Below are positions 47,014 to 57,646 of a stretch of DNA of 64,000 bases, in pieces; within the stretch, counting starts at the first letter, position 1, and each line of letters opens with the position of its first letter. Below the pieces are notes generated by a model that was not told where the DNA came from, made no database searches, and saw only the letters and a list, made by a program, of their open reading frames with translations. The stretch lies in IMG/VR virus record IMGVR_UViG_3300029305_009617, one strand, 5' to 3'. The stretch comes from an uncultured virus (IMG/VR IMGVR_UViG_3300029305_009617) (Duplodnaviria; Heunggongvirae; Uroviricota; Caudoviricetes). A program made the translations under genes and the position numbers.

Positions 47014-48588
47014 ATGAGTGTAAATGCATTATATCCTGTTAACCGTATAAAAAGAGGGACTAATTCTGAATTGGCGTTCCTGCTTCACGAAGTATTGAAT
47101 GTAGAAGTATTACCGGATGCCCTTAACCGTAACAATGTGTTGATTTTATTACATATATGCAGCTATTTATCAGCTTCTGACTTAAGCTACTATTTTGGTC
47201 TCCCGGATGGAAGTTTTAAATCCCTGCATTCTTTATTAAATGCCATGGAAAAGTCTGGGCTTATAAAAAGCACCACTGTTGGCATGAAAGACGGATTTTC
47301 TAAAAATGTATACTATCCGACGGAGCTGGGATTTTTGAATGCCGGCTCCATGTTTATGAACGGCTCCCAGATTCCTTATAAGCGCCGCGGCAAAAGTGTA
47401 ACTACGTTACATGATTATTCGATTGGCCAGAATGCCCTTCATTTAATCTTGTTTAATATGCCGTTTACCTGGAGCAAGGAACGTTCCTACTCTGTTGCTA
47501 ATAATAACCGGAAATCCATGGGTTCCTTATGCGTTGATGGTGTCTGTGATTTTATAAATACGAATCATACTTTGTTCTTTGAAGAAGACCTTGCAAATGA
47601 AAGTATCGGTACGCTGTATAAAAAATTAGATAAATACCATTTTTATGAGCTTATGGAATACCCGGAAAAAAATACGCTTATTTTTTCATTCCGCAAGCCC
47701 AGTCTGACCTGTGATGCGCCGGCGTATCCTTCTTTCTCAACAAAAAGATTGGAAGAATTGGTAAGTAATATGCAGTCAAGGCAGATTTTTCTGCTTCAGG
47801 ATATGATTCCTATTCTGATGGCAGAAGATAATACGGTTCTTTTAGAAGTTGCAGAGCATATTTCTACCCTGTATAAGACTTACTATCCATTAAAACAGGT
47901 GGATTTGCCGGAGCTACTGTCATTTTTAAAGGATTTTAGTGAGTTAAAACTGGATTTGCGCCACATGGAATATAATGCAATGCAGCTTTCCTTTGCTATA
48001 TCCAGAAGCCGCTCTCTTCTTGGTATGTTTGTTAAAGTGTATCAGGGTCCAGAGTATACCTACCCTTCTTTTTTTCATTCTTTTATGAAAGGATTTAGCG
48101 TGTACGGGCTTCCTACAACACTTCTTTCCAATTATCTGCCATACATCAACTTTACCCAGACCGGATTGCATTACAGTTTTCCAATGCTTTTAAGTCCGTT
48201 TTATCCGGGTATGGATGCATCTTCTTATCAAAGTGTTATGGATGAACCGCTTAGAATGCCAACCGGCGCCAGACAACTGCTTGCCCTTAAAAATGCATTC
48301 TCTTTTCATTATGGCACCGTATGCATGGAGTATGTTTCACATGACCTGTCAGCAGTGATCCGCGTGATGCGGTTTAAAGATTTCTATTTAGATTCCGGTG
48401 TATATGTGATATGCATGGTTGATTCTTTTAAAGATGCTCTGTTTTTGGTGAATGATACTTTCTTAGCCTGTAAATTAAATGATATTTCTTCTTTACCTAA
48501 AATCGTATTTTTGGATTTATCCGAAGTACCTAAGGGTGTGGTTCATCCCTTTATTATTGGTACGGATTTTAAGAAGATACTTATATAG
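47014..48588 (+). CDS. Replication-relaxation family-like protein (wHTH + PD-(D/E)xK-like core)
   Basis: TLHD, LCVDG, FFEEDLANESIGTLYKKLDKY. Confidence 0.55.
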   Translation: MSVNALYPVNRIKRGTNSELAFLLHEVLNVEVLPDALNRNNVLILLHICSYLSASDLSYYFGLPDGSFKSLHSLLNAMEKSGLIKSTTVGMKDGFSKNVYYPTELGFLNAGSMFMNGSQIPYKRRGKSVTTLHDYSIGQNALHLILFNMPFTWSKERSYSVANNNRKSMGSLCVDGVCDFINTNHTLFFEEDLANESIGTLYKKLDKYHFYELMEYPEKNTLIFSFRKPSLTCDAPAYPSFSTKRLEELVSNMQSRQIFLLQDMIPILMAEDNTVLLEVAEHISTLYKTYYPLKQVDLPELLSFLKDFSELKLDLRHMEYNAMQLSFAISRSRSLLGMFVKVYQGPEYTYPSFFHSFMKGFSVYGLPTTLLSNYLPYINFTQTGLHYSFPMLLSPFYPGMDASSYQSVMDEPLRMPTGARQLLALKNAFSFHYGTVCMEYVSHDLSAVIRVMRFKDFYLDSGVYVICMVDSFKDALFLVNDTFLACKLNDISSLPKIVFLDLSEVPKGVVHPFIIGTDFKKILI

Positions 48589-48722
48589 TCCTAAAAATAC
48601 CCCTACGGCTTTGTGTTTTGACCGCAGGGGCGTTTTGTTTGTGTTTTAGTGGGAATTTCACCTTTATTTCTTAAAATGGAATTTTAGGGCAAATTCATTA
48701 GAAACTCTATTAATATTTTTCA

Positions 48723-49087
48723 TCAATGCTTGAGAGTTAAATTCGTCATCCAGAGAAATAAACACTTTTTAGCAAGCCACATTCCAAACTCGACATTTGT
48801 TGTAAAGCCGGGCATCTCTGGAATCTTTTTTGGAATATAAAATAGAATTACTGTTGCATTTTGCAGCCCTTCTCGCTCCCAGTCGGCCTGTTCCGTTAAA
48901 TCCGGCTTCATGTTGCCCGTTTCAAACTCCGGTACGTAAACCAAACCATCAAATCCTAACTCTTTTAATTTCTGACATGCATATTTGCGCCATGACTCAT
49001 CATAGGTCTTGCCCCTTAATGTAGGACTGCTAAGAATATGGATTTCATATGTGTTTTTACCGGTTCACTACTAAAATTAATAATCAT
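48723..49087 (-). pseudogene. Nucleoside 2-deoxyribosyltransferase-like gene, frameshifted and 3'-truncated
   Basis: SIFLA-(1 nt missing from the Gly codon)-PT..SWR..QADWEREGL..GFTTNVEFG. Confidence 0.7.
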
Positions 49088-49161
49088 AATTCTTTTGCCC
49101 CTTATATATTTATTGAATAACTAAAATTTATTTAACAGTCCAGTTTTATCTTTATAAAAAG

Positions 49162-49797
49162 CTAATTCTGCTTTTCCAAATGATTACTGCTATACCATTT
49201 TGCAAACCTTTTAGCTTGGTAGTCTGTAATTTCATGAACATTATGTTCAATCTTCCAATCAGTTAATTTCACCTGCCAGTTGTTAGAAAGCGACGTGTAT
49301 GCTGAAATCAGTTTTTCTTCCCGCGCTTCTCTTTCTTTTAAGAAATCCATAACCTTATTCATATAAGGAAGAATATAGGAAAAATTAGTTCTGCTTCCTA
49401 TAAATTTATTCGTCATCTTACGGTTGATAATGATATATCTGACGTAAACTGTATTTAAAAAGGTGAGATTAATGTATTCATTACGGTATAATTCAAAATT
49501 CGCCCTTGCATCGCCCTCTCTCCAATAATCTGTTTTCAGAAGGGAGATATATACATGCTTTACCGGTCCGGCGTAGCGGATATTCCGATACTCGTAATTC
49601 TCCATATCATGCCGGTATTCAAATTCCTGCATAAAGGTATCTTCGGATTCTCTGGTTTCCCATGATGAAGGTATCCATTTTGTATTATCCTTACTTTTGT
49701 ATTCATAAAAAACAGCATTATCGCGGCTATCATCTTCTACCAGATTAACCGGGTAGATAACATTGTCTTTTGCATGTACATCATGCGTCCTGTTCAT
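49162..49797 (-). CDS. Hypothetical phage-type protein
   Basis: ORF with GAGG RBS. Confidence 0.55.
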   Translation of the reverse strand: MNRTHDVHAKDNVIYPVNLVEDDSRDNAVFYEYKSKDNTKWIPSSWETRESEDTFMQEFEYRHDMENYEYRNIRYAGPVKHVYISLLKTDYWREGDARANFELYRNEYINLTFLNTVYVRYIIINRKMTNKFIGSRTNFSYILPYMNKVMDFLKEREAREEKLISAYTSLSNNWQVKLTDWKIEHNVHEITDYQAKRFAKWYSSNHLEKQN

Positions 49798-49956
49798 ATA
49801 ACCTCTTCCGCGGTCGTTTGAATATGTTCTGTATTTATCCCCTTCTGCACTAAGGCTTCTCTAAATGTTTTGCAATGTTCCAGGTATTCATTTCCAACTG
49901 ATGTGACTGCCGGTTTATTGTTTTTCATTGTAAGACCTCCCATATGTATATAATAA

Positions 49957-50403
49957 TCAACCCAATTGTCGATTTATTTCCGCTTCTGTCTCTTGTTTTA
50001 ACATTTGCTGCAGTCTGATAATCTCATCCCGTAACGGAACCGCTTCTGATAAAACAGACAAAAGGTTTTCCTGCATACTAATCGTCTGGTTTAGCCATTT
50101 CCATCTCTGAAATTTTTCATGGAAATGGTTCATATTCTCTCTGAAATAATTTTTTGATACAAGCTTATTTACACGGTACTTAACGGTTACATTGGTTACC
50201 TTTTCATGATATCGGTTAAAATAAGTACGTGTATCAGGATTTTCAAAAAAATAATCTGCTCCCGGATCTGCCAGCTCTCCGTAATTATTGCCATTATACT
50301 GGCCATAAACAATGTAACCTTTGATTTTTTTCTCTCTTTTGGCACGGGCAATTTCTTTTTCTTCTCTTTGCTGCTGCCGTTTTTGAAAAAAAATCGTCTT
50401 CAT
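49957..50403 (-). CDS. Hypothetical protein
   Basis: ORF, codirectional with neighbours. Confidence 0.5.
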   Translation of the reverse strand: MKTIFFQKRQQQREEKEIARAKREKKIKGYIVYGQYNGNNYGELADPGADYFFENPDTRTYFNRYHEKVTNVTVKYRVNKLVSKNYFRENMNHFHEKFQRWKWLNQTISMQENLLSVLSEAVPLRDEIIRLQQMLKQETEAEINRQLG

Positions 50404-50713
50404 AAGCTTCTAAAACCGTCTCATAGAGCTCTTTTCCGGTCATTTTGTATCTCTTATACCGTTTGCCATCTTCTCTATGTTCAGGAGCCTTCTGCAGTAC
50501 GTATTCCGCTTCCATGCATAAATTGATGTATAGCAGTTCCGGCTGACTCACGTCATCTACTAATTTAGCAGATATGGCGAAGCAGTAATTATCATATTTT
50601 TCTGATACCGGTATTTTTATGTAGACATATTCTTTCTCATAATATCCGCTCCCGGATGTAAACATTTCTCCTTTAAGTGCTGGTTCCAGTATAACAGTTT
50701 CCCAATTACCCAT
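50294..50713 (-). CDS. Hypothetical protein
   Basis: GAGG RBS; 5' end duplicated at 51001-51114. Confidence 0.55.
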   Translation of the reverse strand: MGNWETVILEPALKGEMFTSGSGYYEKEYVYIKIPVSEKYDNYCFAISAKLVDDVSQPELLYINLCMEAEYVLQKAPEHREDGKRYKRYKMTGKELYETVLEAYEDDFFSKTAAAKRRKRNCPCQKREKNQRLHCLWPV

Positions 50714-50768
50714 AATAACCTCGCAAAATACTTATTTAAGTTATTTTTCTAAAGTACGGTTTTCTTAA

Positions 50769-50996
50769 CTATCGTTTAATTAACTTTTCTTCTGCCTTAA
50801 CTGATTGATGCTCAGTTGGTTTTCTGAACATCAAAAACACTGTATAAATCCATAGTGCGAATCCTATAATTAGTCCAAGGATGTTTTTTACGGAACAACT
50901 TTGCTGTATTTCTTCTAAAAATACAATAACTATAAATAAAGATAAAAAATGCAATGTCCAGAATTGTAGTCTTTTTAAAGAATCAAATGTATTCAA
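50769..50996 (-). CDS. Small two-TM protein
   Basis: AGGAGG RBS, TTG start. Confidence 0.55.
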   Translation of the reverse strand: MNTFDSLKRLQFWTLHFLSLFIVIVFLEEIQQSCSVKNILGLIIGFALWIYTVFLMFRKPTEHQSVKAEEKLIKR

Positions 50997-51000
50997 TTAT

Positions 51001-51114
51001 TTAACCTCCTGTTTTTAGTGTGATAGTTCTTCTTTTTTCATAATAGCCACTTCCGGAGGTAAAAGTTTCTCCTTTAAGTTCCGGATTCAGTATAACCGTT
51101 TCCCAAGTACTCAT
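51001..51114 (-). pseudogene. Truncated paralog of 50294-50713
   Basis: MSTWETVILNPELKGETFTSGSGYYEK vs MGNWETVILEPALKGEMFTSGSGYYEK. Confidence 0.7.
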
Positions 51115-51161
51115 ATAAACCTCAAAAATAATTATTTATATTTTTATTACTGTTTAGATAA

Positions 51162-51287
51162 TTATTCTTCGTGACAATAAATATTCTCCAACTCAAAAAT
51201 AGCCCATTTTAAAGCAGCACTTGTTTCATTGTCAAGATTGCCATTTTCCAACAACTCATATAATTTTTCGATTTTCTTTTCTTCCAT
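51162..51287 (-). CDS. Small phage-type protein, 41 aa
   Basis: GGAG RBS; MEEKKIEKLYELLE..AALKWAIFELE. Confidence 0.55.
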   Translation of the reverse strand: MEEKKIEKLYELLENGNLDNETSAALKWAIFELENIYCHEE

Positions 51288-51330
51288 CTTTTTAATCTCC
51301 TAACATTCCGTCTCCTTGCCAATCTACGGT

Positions 51331-51651
51331 TTAGTGACTTTCTAAAAAATCAATATCATCATTTTTCATATCATTGTAATTAACCCAAATATATCTTTCG
51401 GTTGTGGTATTTTTATCCTCGGCAAAACCTTCAATTCTTACTTTTGCCTTCTGACACCCATCATTAAAATCTACAATTGTTGCTTTGATATTTACTACAT
51501 CCCCAATATTTTTTTCATGCTTTCTGTCTTTTTTTTCTGCGCTTTTTTTCATTTTAGGTGAATGTATGTCATTAAATGCAATAGCTATTACTGATGCGAT
51601 AATGATTATAATAATTGTTTCAAATGTTCCCATTTTACTCCTTTCTTTCAT
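51331..51651 (-). CDS. Small protein with N-terminal TM
   Basis: ORF; real start probably at MGTF. Confidence 0.55.
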   Translation of the reverse strand: MKERSKMGTFETIIIIIIASVIAIAFNDIHSPKMKKSAEKKDRKHEKNIGDVVNIKATIVDFNDGCQKAKVRIEGFAEDKNTTTERYIWVNYNDMKNDDIDFLESH

Positions 51652-52233
51652 TCCGATAAATTCTTCTTAATCACTAAAATTCAGTTTAATATTAAGTTGA
51701 GCTGGCTTCGTCTTTTGTTTTATAAAGATTCTCTGGCTTCGCAAAACAAACAGGAAAAGGATTGTAAGTATTGTTTTGATTGGCAATCTCAACAATATAA
51801 TCTCCTATTTTTTTATCAATTAAAGGATGCCCTCCTATTGGAAAACCACCTTCATTAACACCTTTTTCTGTTAATTTTCCTGAAAGAATTACGACTTCTC
51901 CTACATTTCCAATGTAAGTATGTTCTATAATGTCGTTATCTGAATCTAACCAAAATACACTGTCACCTATTTATAATTTAGTAGTATCAATCACCGTTTT
52001 TCTTTTCTTCCTTTATTATAGTTTAAATTTTCAATTTACTTATTTATTAAGCCGCATTCGGGACATGCGTCTGGGAGTTTATCTAAACTCTTATATCCGC
52101 ATTTTTTACACACAACGGTACGCCTCTCCCATTCTTTATGTTGTTCCTCTTTTTCATTTTTATCAATGCTTATCTCACTGGTTTGAAGGCTTTCATATAT
52201 AGGCCCAACTTTCGCCACTTGCTTAATTGCTTC

Positions 52234-52497
52234 CTATACATACTTAATCGGAGCATCTGTGAAAAGGATTACCTTTGCCTCTTCCCTTAACCTATTTGCC
52301 TCAAGTACCTTTTTTATATAAGGTACATTTGAGATAGTAGAGGTGTCATATTTCTCTTCATCTAACAACTGGAAATAAATTTTTAAAATATTTATTAAAA
52401 AAGGATCTATCCATAAATTTCGAAGCGTACCATTATATTTTTCTGTCAATTCGATATAATCTTGTTTTATAATCATAAATATTCCTCCGTAAATCAT
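52234..52497 (-). CDS. Small hypothetical protein
   Basis: ORF with internal GGAGG RBS. Confidence 0.5.
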   Translation of the reverse strand: MIYGGIFMIIKQDYIELTEKYNGTLRNLWIDPFLINILKIYFQLLDEEKYDTSTISNVPYIKKVLEANRLREEAKVILFTDAPIKYV

Positions 52498-52662
52498 TGT
52501 TGATGTGGCAGTATTATAATTTGTTAATCTTATGTATAACTATAGACTGATAACACTAGCTCCTCCGACCAAGCAGTAGATGATATTGGTTTGTATACCA
52601 AAAATTTGGGTTATTTTACCATTTTTCTTTTCCTCTAAAAATTCCGTTAGTAAGTTAAAACA

Positions 52663-52719
52663 ATCTCTGTAACGTAGGAACAGTACGTCTGCCTAAAGCA
52701 GCCAATCCCACGTAGGAAC
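52663..52719 (-). ncRNA. Structured cis-element family 2, copy D
   Basis: - strand ACGTGGGATTGG-CTGC-TTTAG-GCAG-ACGTA-CTGTTCCTACGTT-ACAGAGAT. Confidence 0.6.
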
Positions 52720-53027
52720 TATTTAACAACATTCATTTACCGGTTAGACAATCGGTTTACATTGCTTATTTTTGTATCGTTTAATAAGTGGTCTTTTGTA
52801 TTTAATTAAATGAGAACCTTCTGTTTTCATATCGCATGGTTTACCATTTTTATCTACTAATCCTTGATTAATAATGGAAATCGGAGCCCCTTTTCGCATG
52901 TCTTGAAGTGTCTTTTTTATATTGATGAATATAGCTGTTAAATACATTTTATCAAAACTCAATGAGAATCAAGTGGCTTTATAAATATTACTCGCTAGTC
53001 TGTTTTACTTCATAACCTACGGATTGA

Positions 53028-53495
53028 TTACCTACGCGATTCTTCTAATTTTTCAATTGCATTTTGTAACAACTGATATGCCAAACGTTTATATTCAGCA
53101 CGTTTTATTTTAGAACTATCATCTTTACTAAAAACAAATTCTCGGTCAATTATATCAGCTAATTCTTTATGTGATAATAATTCCATTGATTTATCAGGAT
53201 TCTTTTGTTTGAATTTACTATAGTAAACATCACATACTATTTTTAGTCCATCCATGCCCTCTGGTAATAAATTAAGACTTCTGAGCACTTGCCATGCAAT
53301 TATCAGCTCATCAATATCACGCGTCGGCTTATATGTAAGAATTTCTTTCTCTATTTTCTGCTCCTGCTCAGCCAATTGTTCCTCTAAAAAAATATTTGTA
53401 TTTTTTAAGTGTACGATTTCACTTTCCAGTTCTTCGATAAGATTTTTCTGTTCACTAATAGTTTTCTTAAACATCTTGATTTTCTTAATAATCAT
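53028..53495 (-). CDS. Coiled-coil hypothetical protein
   Basis: ORF with heptad-like N-terminus. Confidence 0.55.
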   Translation of the reverse strand: MIIKKIKMFKKTISEQKNLIEELESEIVHLKNTNIFLEEQLAEQEQKIEKEILTYKPTRDIDELIIAWQVLRSLNLLPEGMDGLKIVCDVYYSKFKQKNPDKSMELLSHKELADIIDREFVFSKDDSSKIKRAEYKRLAYQLLQNAIEKLEESRR

Positions 53496-53969
53496 TCCTT
53501 TTTTCTCCTACAAAAAAATTGTTTAACTTAAAGAGAATTTCTCTTTTCTCTACTAAAATTTCGTTACTAAACAAATGTACGGTTTACTGGATGAAATGAA
53601 TAATAAATAAGATAATGCTGAACAGTATTAATAAAATAGAAATAACAAGCCAGCTTAGACAACGCTTATTTTTATACCTTGTATCGTTATTAAGAATAAA
53701 AAAACCTTTTAATATTGCGCATCCGGTAATAAGAATAACTATAGGTGTATGTATATCTACTAAAAACATATTTTTTCCTCCCAACCTACGGTTTAAATCG
53801 TTAAAACAATTTTTCTGTCCAGACGTTCCAGTATTGAACAAGTCCTTCCCATCCGCTTGTATAGAATGCATAAATAAAAAAATATAGATTAAGAATTGTA
53901 GCTAGTAATCCAAATGTGAGAAGTATTCCAACAGCTAATTGTCCACCCAAAACAAAATTTACTATATTT

Positions 53970-54287
53970 TCAAATGTAAAAATTTCCATTATTTTCTTCT
54001 TCATAAATGCCCTTTCCACTTATATGATTATGTTCAGTTTGATTATGTAATTTTGATTGCTGATGTTCAATAAGAACTTGTGTGAATTTCTCTATATGCT
54101 TATCCTCTAAATTCCCTTTTATTTGGCGTGCATTTTGAGATATTAAACGAATTGCTTTTCTTATAGCATTAGAGGCCGGCAAAGGAATCGACTGTAACAC
54201 TTTTTCATCAGAAGCATGAACCAGATCTAAGTAATTTTTACTTGACATAGTCAGCATATTTTCAAGCCAATCTGCATACTCTATCAT
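53970..54287 (-). CDS. Hypothetical protein
   Basis: ORF within the small-gene array. Confidence 0.5.
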   Translation of the reverse strand: MIEYADWLENMLTMSSKNYLDLVHASDEKVLQSIPLPASNAIRKAIRLISQNARQIKGNLEDKHIEKFTQVLIEHQQSKLHNQTEHNHISGKGIYEEENNGNFYI

Positions 54288-54648
54288 TTCTTCATTTTTT
54301 TATTAATATCATCTTGAATATATTCTTTATTTGGTAGTGTAAACATATTAATTCTTACCTTTCGAAAGTATAGCTTGATTAATAAATCTAGGTTTTTGTC
54401 CCGTACTATGAATTATTCCGCAAAATTAAATGGATAAGTAGTAAGCTGCTCCCGCTAAAATTAAACATATTATAGCGAAAATTAATCCTGTATTCCTTAG
54501 ATTCGCGTTATGCGTTAATTTTCCTTTTAAAAACGTCGTAATTCCTATTAGTGCTACTACTAATGCAACAATTACTAAGATAAATATAAACCCCTCCATA
54601 ATAAATTTACTCCTTTTGTTATTTTTAGCGAAGGATTATATAAAATGT

Positions 54649-55158
54649 TTAACTAATAAAATCCATTCCACTTTCAAACGCATCATGTGCCATATTGTGA
54701 AAATCTATGATATTTTCGTCTGTTTTATCCTGGACTTCTACGCAGACCTTGATATAAGCTTCGCTGGCCATAAAACTATGTTCCGTATAGCAGTCCGTGA
54801 TTTTTGCACAGTCTGGGATATTGTCAATTGCTTTGCATAACATTTCCTTTACTTCTTTCTTTTCATAATAATTACGGTCTTCCTCCTTGGATGGTGCCAT
54901 GATTCCTTCTGCATTTGATGTATCTACGGGTATAGACGATGTTATTTTCATCCATTTTTTTGCTGTGGTAATTTTTCTAATGCTGCCAACCAAAAGAATG
55001 CACCAGGAAAGAGTACCAAGGCTTAAACATCCAGCCTTGCTATATTCTCCGCCATAAAAATAAGCAATCGAAAATCCTCCTAGAAATAATGCAAAAATTG
55101 CATATAAACCCACCTTTATAACTTCTTTTTTTAATGTCGATTTTTCTATTTTCCTCAT
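54649..55158 (-). CDS. Two-TM membrane protein
   Basis: GAGGT RBS; hydrophobic N-terminus. Confidence 0.6.
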   Translation of the reverse strand: MRKIEKSTLKKEVIKVGLYAIFALFLGGFSIAYFYGGEYSKAGCLSLGTLSWCILLVGSIRKITTAKKWMKITSSIPVDTSNAEGIMAPSKEEDRNYYEKKEVKEMLCKAIDNIPDCAKITDCYTEHSFMASEAYIKVCVEVQDKTDENIIDFHNMAHDAFESGMDFIS

Positions 55159-55175
55159 AATTTTGTACCTCTTTC

Positions 55176-56069
55176 CTATTTCTTTATATATTTCTCTTCT
55201 AATGCATGTCTAAACTCTGTTTCAACCCATGATTGGTCATAGCCTAATTCTATCAGTGAAACACGGATAGCTTTTAGATATCTTGGAGTTATTGGTCTAT
55301 CTGATAACTCACTTATTTCCGTCAATAATTCCGTTCGGCTGATACGGTCAATGAAAGAAGTCATTTCCTCAGCTGACATTCGGATATTCTTGTTTTCTAA
55401 TTCATTAAGAAGAACAGAGCTTATAAGTTTTGCCGTCTGGCCCGTTCCGCCGGGTTCTGTGCATGGAACTGAATTTTTCTCAACTGCATCCGGATGCGGC
55501 ATGTCCTGTTTCATTTTATTGATGTTGGTAAGCTCCCACCATTTCTCATATGTGAGCAATTCATCCAGACGGACGACTTCATCTGTTTTGCTATCGTATA
55601 CCAGAGCGGCTTCTAGCTTTTCCGGCGTATACCATTTTCTTTTTCCACCCTGCAGGCTCTCTTCTCCGCAAATGTGAATTCCGTCCGGCGCATCGATGTA
55701 TGTAATATTTGTACCCCAAAATAAGTCATCCATAAATGCTGCATGCTCCTTGGCTTCTTTTATGGTTGGGAAAATGCCCTTAACAGCCTCTTTTTTGGAC
55801 TTTATAAGATAAACCTTAAGAATATAGTTGCAGCAATCCTTTACGGGCTTAATTTCGCCGTTTAAAAGGGCTGTTTCGACCTTTTGTGCCACATCACATA
55901 CATCATATTCTGCTGCCGGTTTAGTAGATGGTACCCGGAACTCAGCCGATGCCGGCTGTATGTCGGAAGAATAGACCCGGATAACAGTTGTATTATCCTG
56001 CCCTTCCCTTACCTTGTATACCATTCTCTTTTCATGGATTGCCTGTACAATGTCACTAAATGAATTCAT
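55176..56069 (-). CDS. Hypothetical protein
   Basis: AAAGGA RBS; 297 aa. Confidence 0.65.
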   Translation of the reverse strand: MNSFSDIVQAIHEKRMVYKVREGQDNTTVIRVYSSDIQPASAEFRVPSTKPAAEYDVCDVAQKVETALLNGEIKPVKDCCNYILKVYLIKSKKEAVKGIFPTIKEAKEHAAFMDDLFWGTNITYIDAPDGIHICGEESLQGGKRKWYTPEKLEAALVYDSKTDEVVRLDELLTYEKWWELTNINKMKQDMPHPDAVEKNSVPCTEPGGTGQTAKLISSVLLNELENKNIRMSAEEMTSFIDRISRTELLTEISELSDRPITPRYLKAIRVSLIELGYDQSWVETEFRHALEEKYIKK

Positions 56070-56110
56070 AATTGTCTTTCCTTTCTTATAATCCCATGTA
56101 TTTATTGTAT

Positions 56111-56758
56111 CTAAATGAGCTGAACAAAGTCTGCATCTTCAGCATAGCATCCATTCGAAGTTCCATACCATCGAATAGATAACCACCCTTTTTCTGTTGC
56201 GAGTTTATACCATGTCCAGGTGTAGTAATCGTGATTTTCTTCCAGTTGCTCTTTATCACATGTATTAGAGACATCTTCTGCAAACAATATAGGAGTTCCA
56301 ATCATATCTACTGTATTTCCACATACATCTTCAATATAAACAGATTCACAGCATGACTGTTTGTGATACATCTTATACACTGAACCATCTTCGCAGATAA
56401 AGATTATTTCGTCATTATCCTTTTCTGCTCCCTCTATAGATACAATGGTTTTTCCAACTAATTCGCTTATATTTATATAATTGTTACTATCAGATACAGC
56501 AATATAGTTAAATGTATCCTTATTGAACTGCAAACAATGCCTGTTAAAAAGAGGGGATTTTAAAAACATTGGTACATTTTTGTAAAAAGAGGCATCTTTT
56601 ATAAGCTTTTCTGAAAAATTTTTAAATACCTCGCTATGGAAAATATCTTCTTCTGTTATTTCACCTTTTTCTGCGCTTTCATATAGAAACTTCATTGTTT
56701 GCCATATATTTAATGGAGGTATAGTGTCTTCATTTTCTTTCTTTTTTCTAAATAACAT
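56111..56758 (-). CDS. Phage-type protein with a HxQxCCE domain
   Basis: MYHKQSCCESVYIEDVCG, TWTWYKLAT, SNGCY. Confidence 0.65.
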   Translation of the reverse strand: MLFRKKKENEDTIPPLNIWQTMKFLYESAEKGEITEEDIFHSEVFKNFSEKLIKDASFYKNVPMFLKSPLFNRHCLQFNKDTFNYIAVSDSNNYINISELVGKTIVSIEGAEKDNDEIIFICEDGSVYKMYHKQSCCESVYIEDVCGNTVDMIGTPILFAEDVSNTCDKEQLEENHDYYTWTWYKLATEKGWLSIRWYGTSNGCYAEDADFVQLI

Positions 56759-56849
56759 AATATTTCCTTTACCAAATGTCTTCTCTTTTTTTATCTACTT
56801 ATGATTTTTAACAATATCCTTTCCCTACTAAACCATTTTTCCCTACTCT

Positions 56850-57221
56850 TTATATTTTCCATTCTTTCTTTGAAGGTGTGTTGTCTTTTTTTATATATTT
56901 TTCCAACCATTCTGTCTTATAATGAAACTTAATAGGTGTCCATAAATCTTCTTTGTAGTATATTCCACTCCACATCCAAGAAGTTGATTTACTGACATAA
57001 ATCGGCTCATCTAACCATTGATATCTATCAAAAGCCTGAAATTCGCCCGAAATAGAGTTAAAGCACAGTATCTGAATAGAGTGCGTCTTTACATCCTCTT
57101 GTCTTCAAACTTCTACAAATCCATTTTTCTTGATAGTATTCATTTATAATAAAAATGAATTATCTAAAAATGAATACTTTAATAAAATTTTTTCTTCTTT
57201 TAATTTCTTCTTAAAAAGCAT
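56850..57221 (-). pseudogene. Decayed ORF with two in-frame stops
   Basis: MLFKKK start after GAGGG; frame continues 124 codons through TAA and TGA. Confidence 0.45.
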
Positions 57222-57277
57222 AAATTTTAAAACCCTCTCTGTTTTAATATGATTTTCAAACACCTTTCTGTTTCATA

Positions 57278-57457
57278 TTAATTTTCCTGTATGCATCTAT
57301 CTAATTTGACAAGTATTTCTTTGGCTTCATCGATAGTAAACCCTCGTTCTTCTGTTCCCGGAAATGATAACCAAATCTTTTCCTCTTCTTTGTAGAATGA
57401 AAAAGTATTTCCAACGCTTTCTTTACTTGTCTTTGCTTCTACGGAATAATTCTTCAT
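57278..57457 (-). CDS. Small protein, 59 aa
   Basis: AAGGAG RBS; open frame. Confidence 0.5.
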   Translation of the reverse strand: MKNYSVEAKTSKESVGNTFSFYKEEEKIWLSFPGTEERGFTIDEAKEILVKLDRCIQEN

Positions 57458-57646
57458 GTTTAAGTTCTCCTTTGATATATGATAATTCTATCATAGTACA
57501 GTTTTAAACATGAAATAATGAATAACTCTTCTTTTTGCAGATACTAATTCTAAATATAAGACCAAAATAAGATATACCCCTGAACATCTAAGTGTTTAAA
57601 TAATTTATTAATTGCCTGTTTAAGTTTGTAAAGTGTATTTATTATA

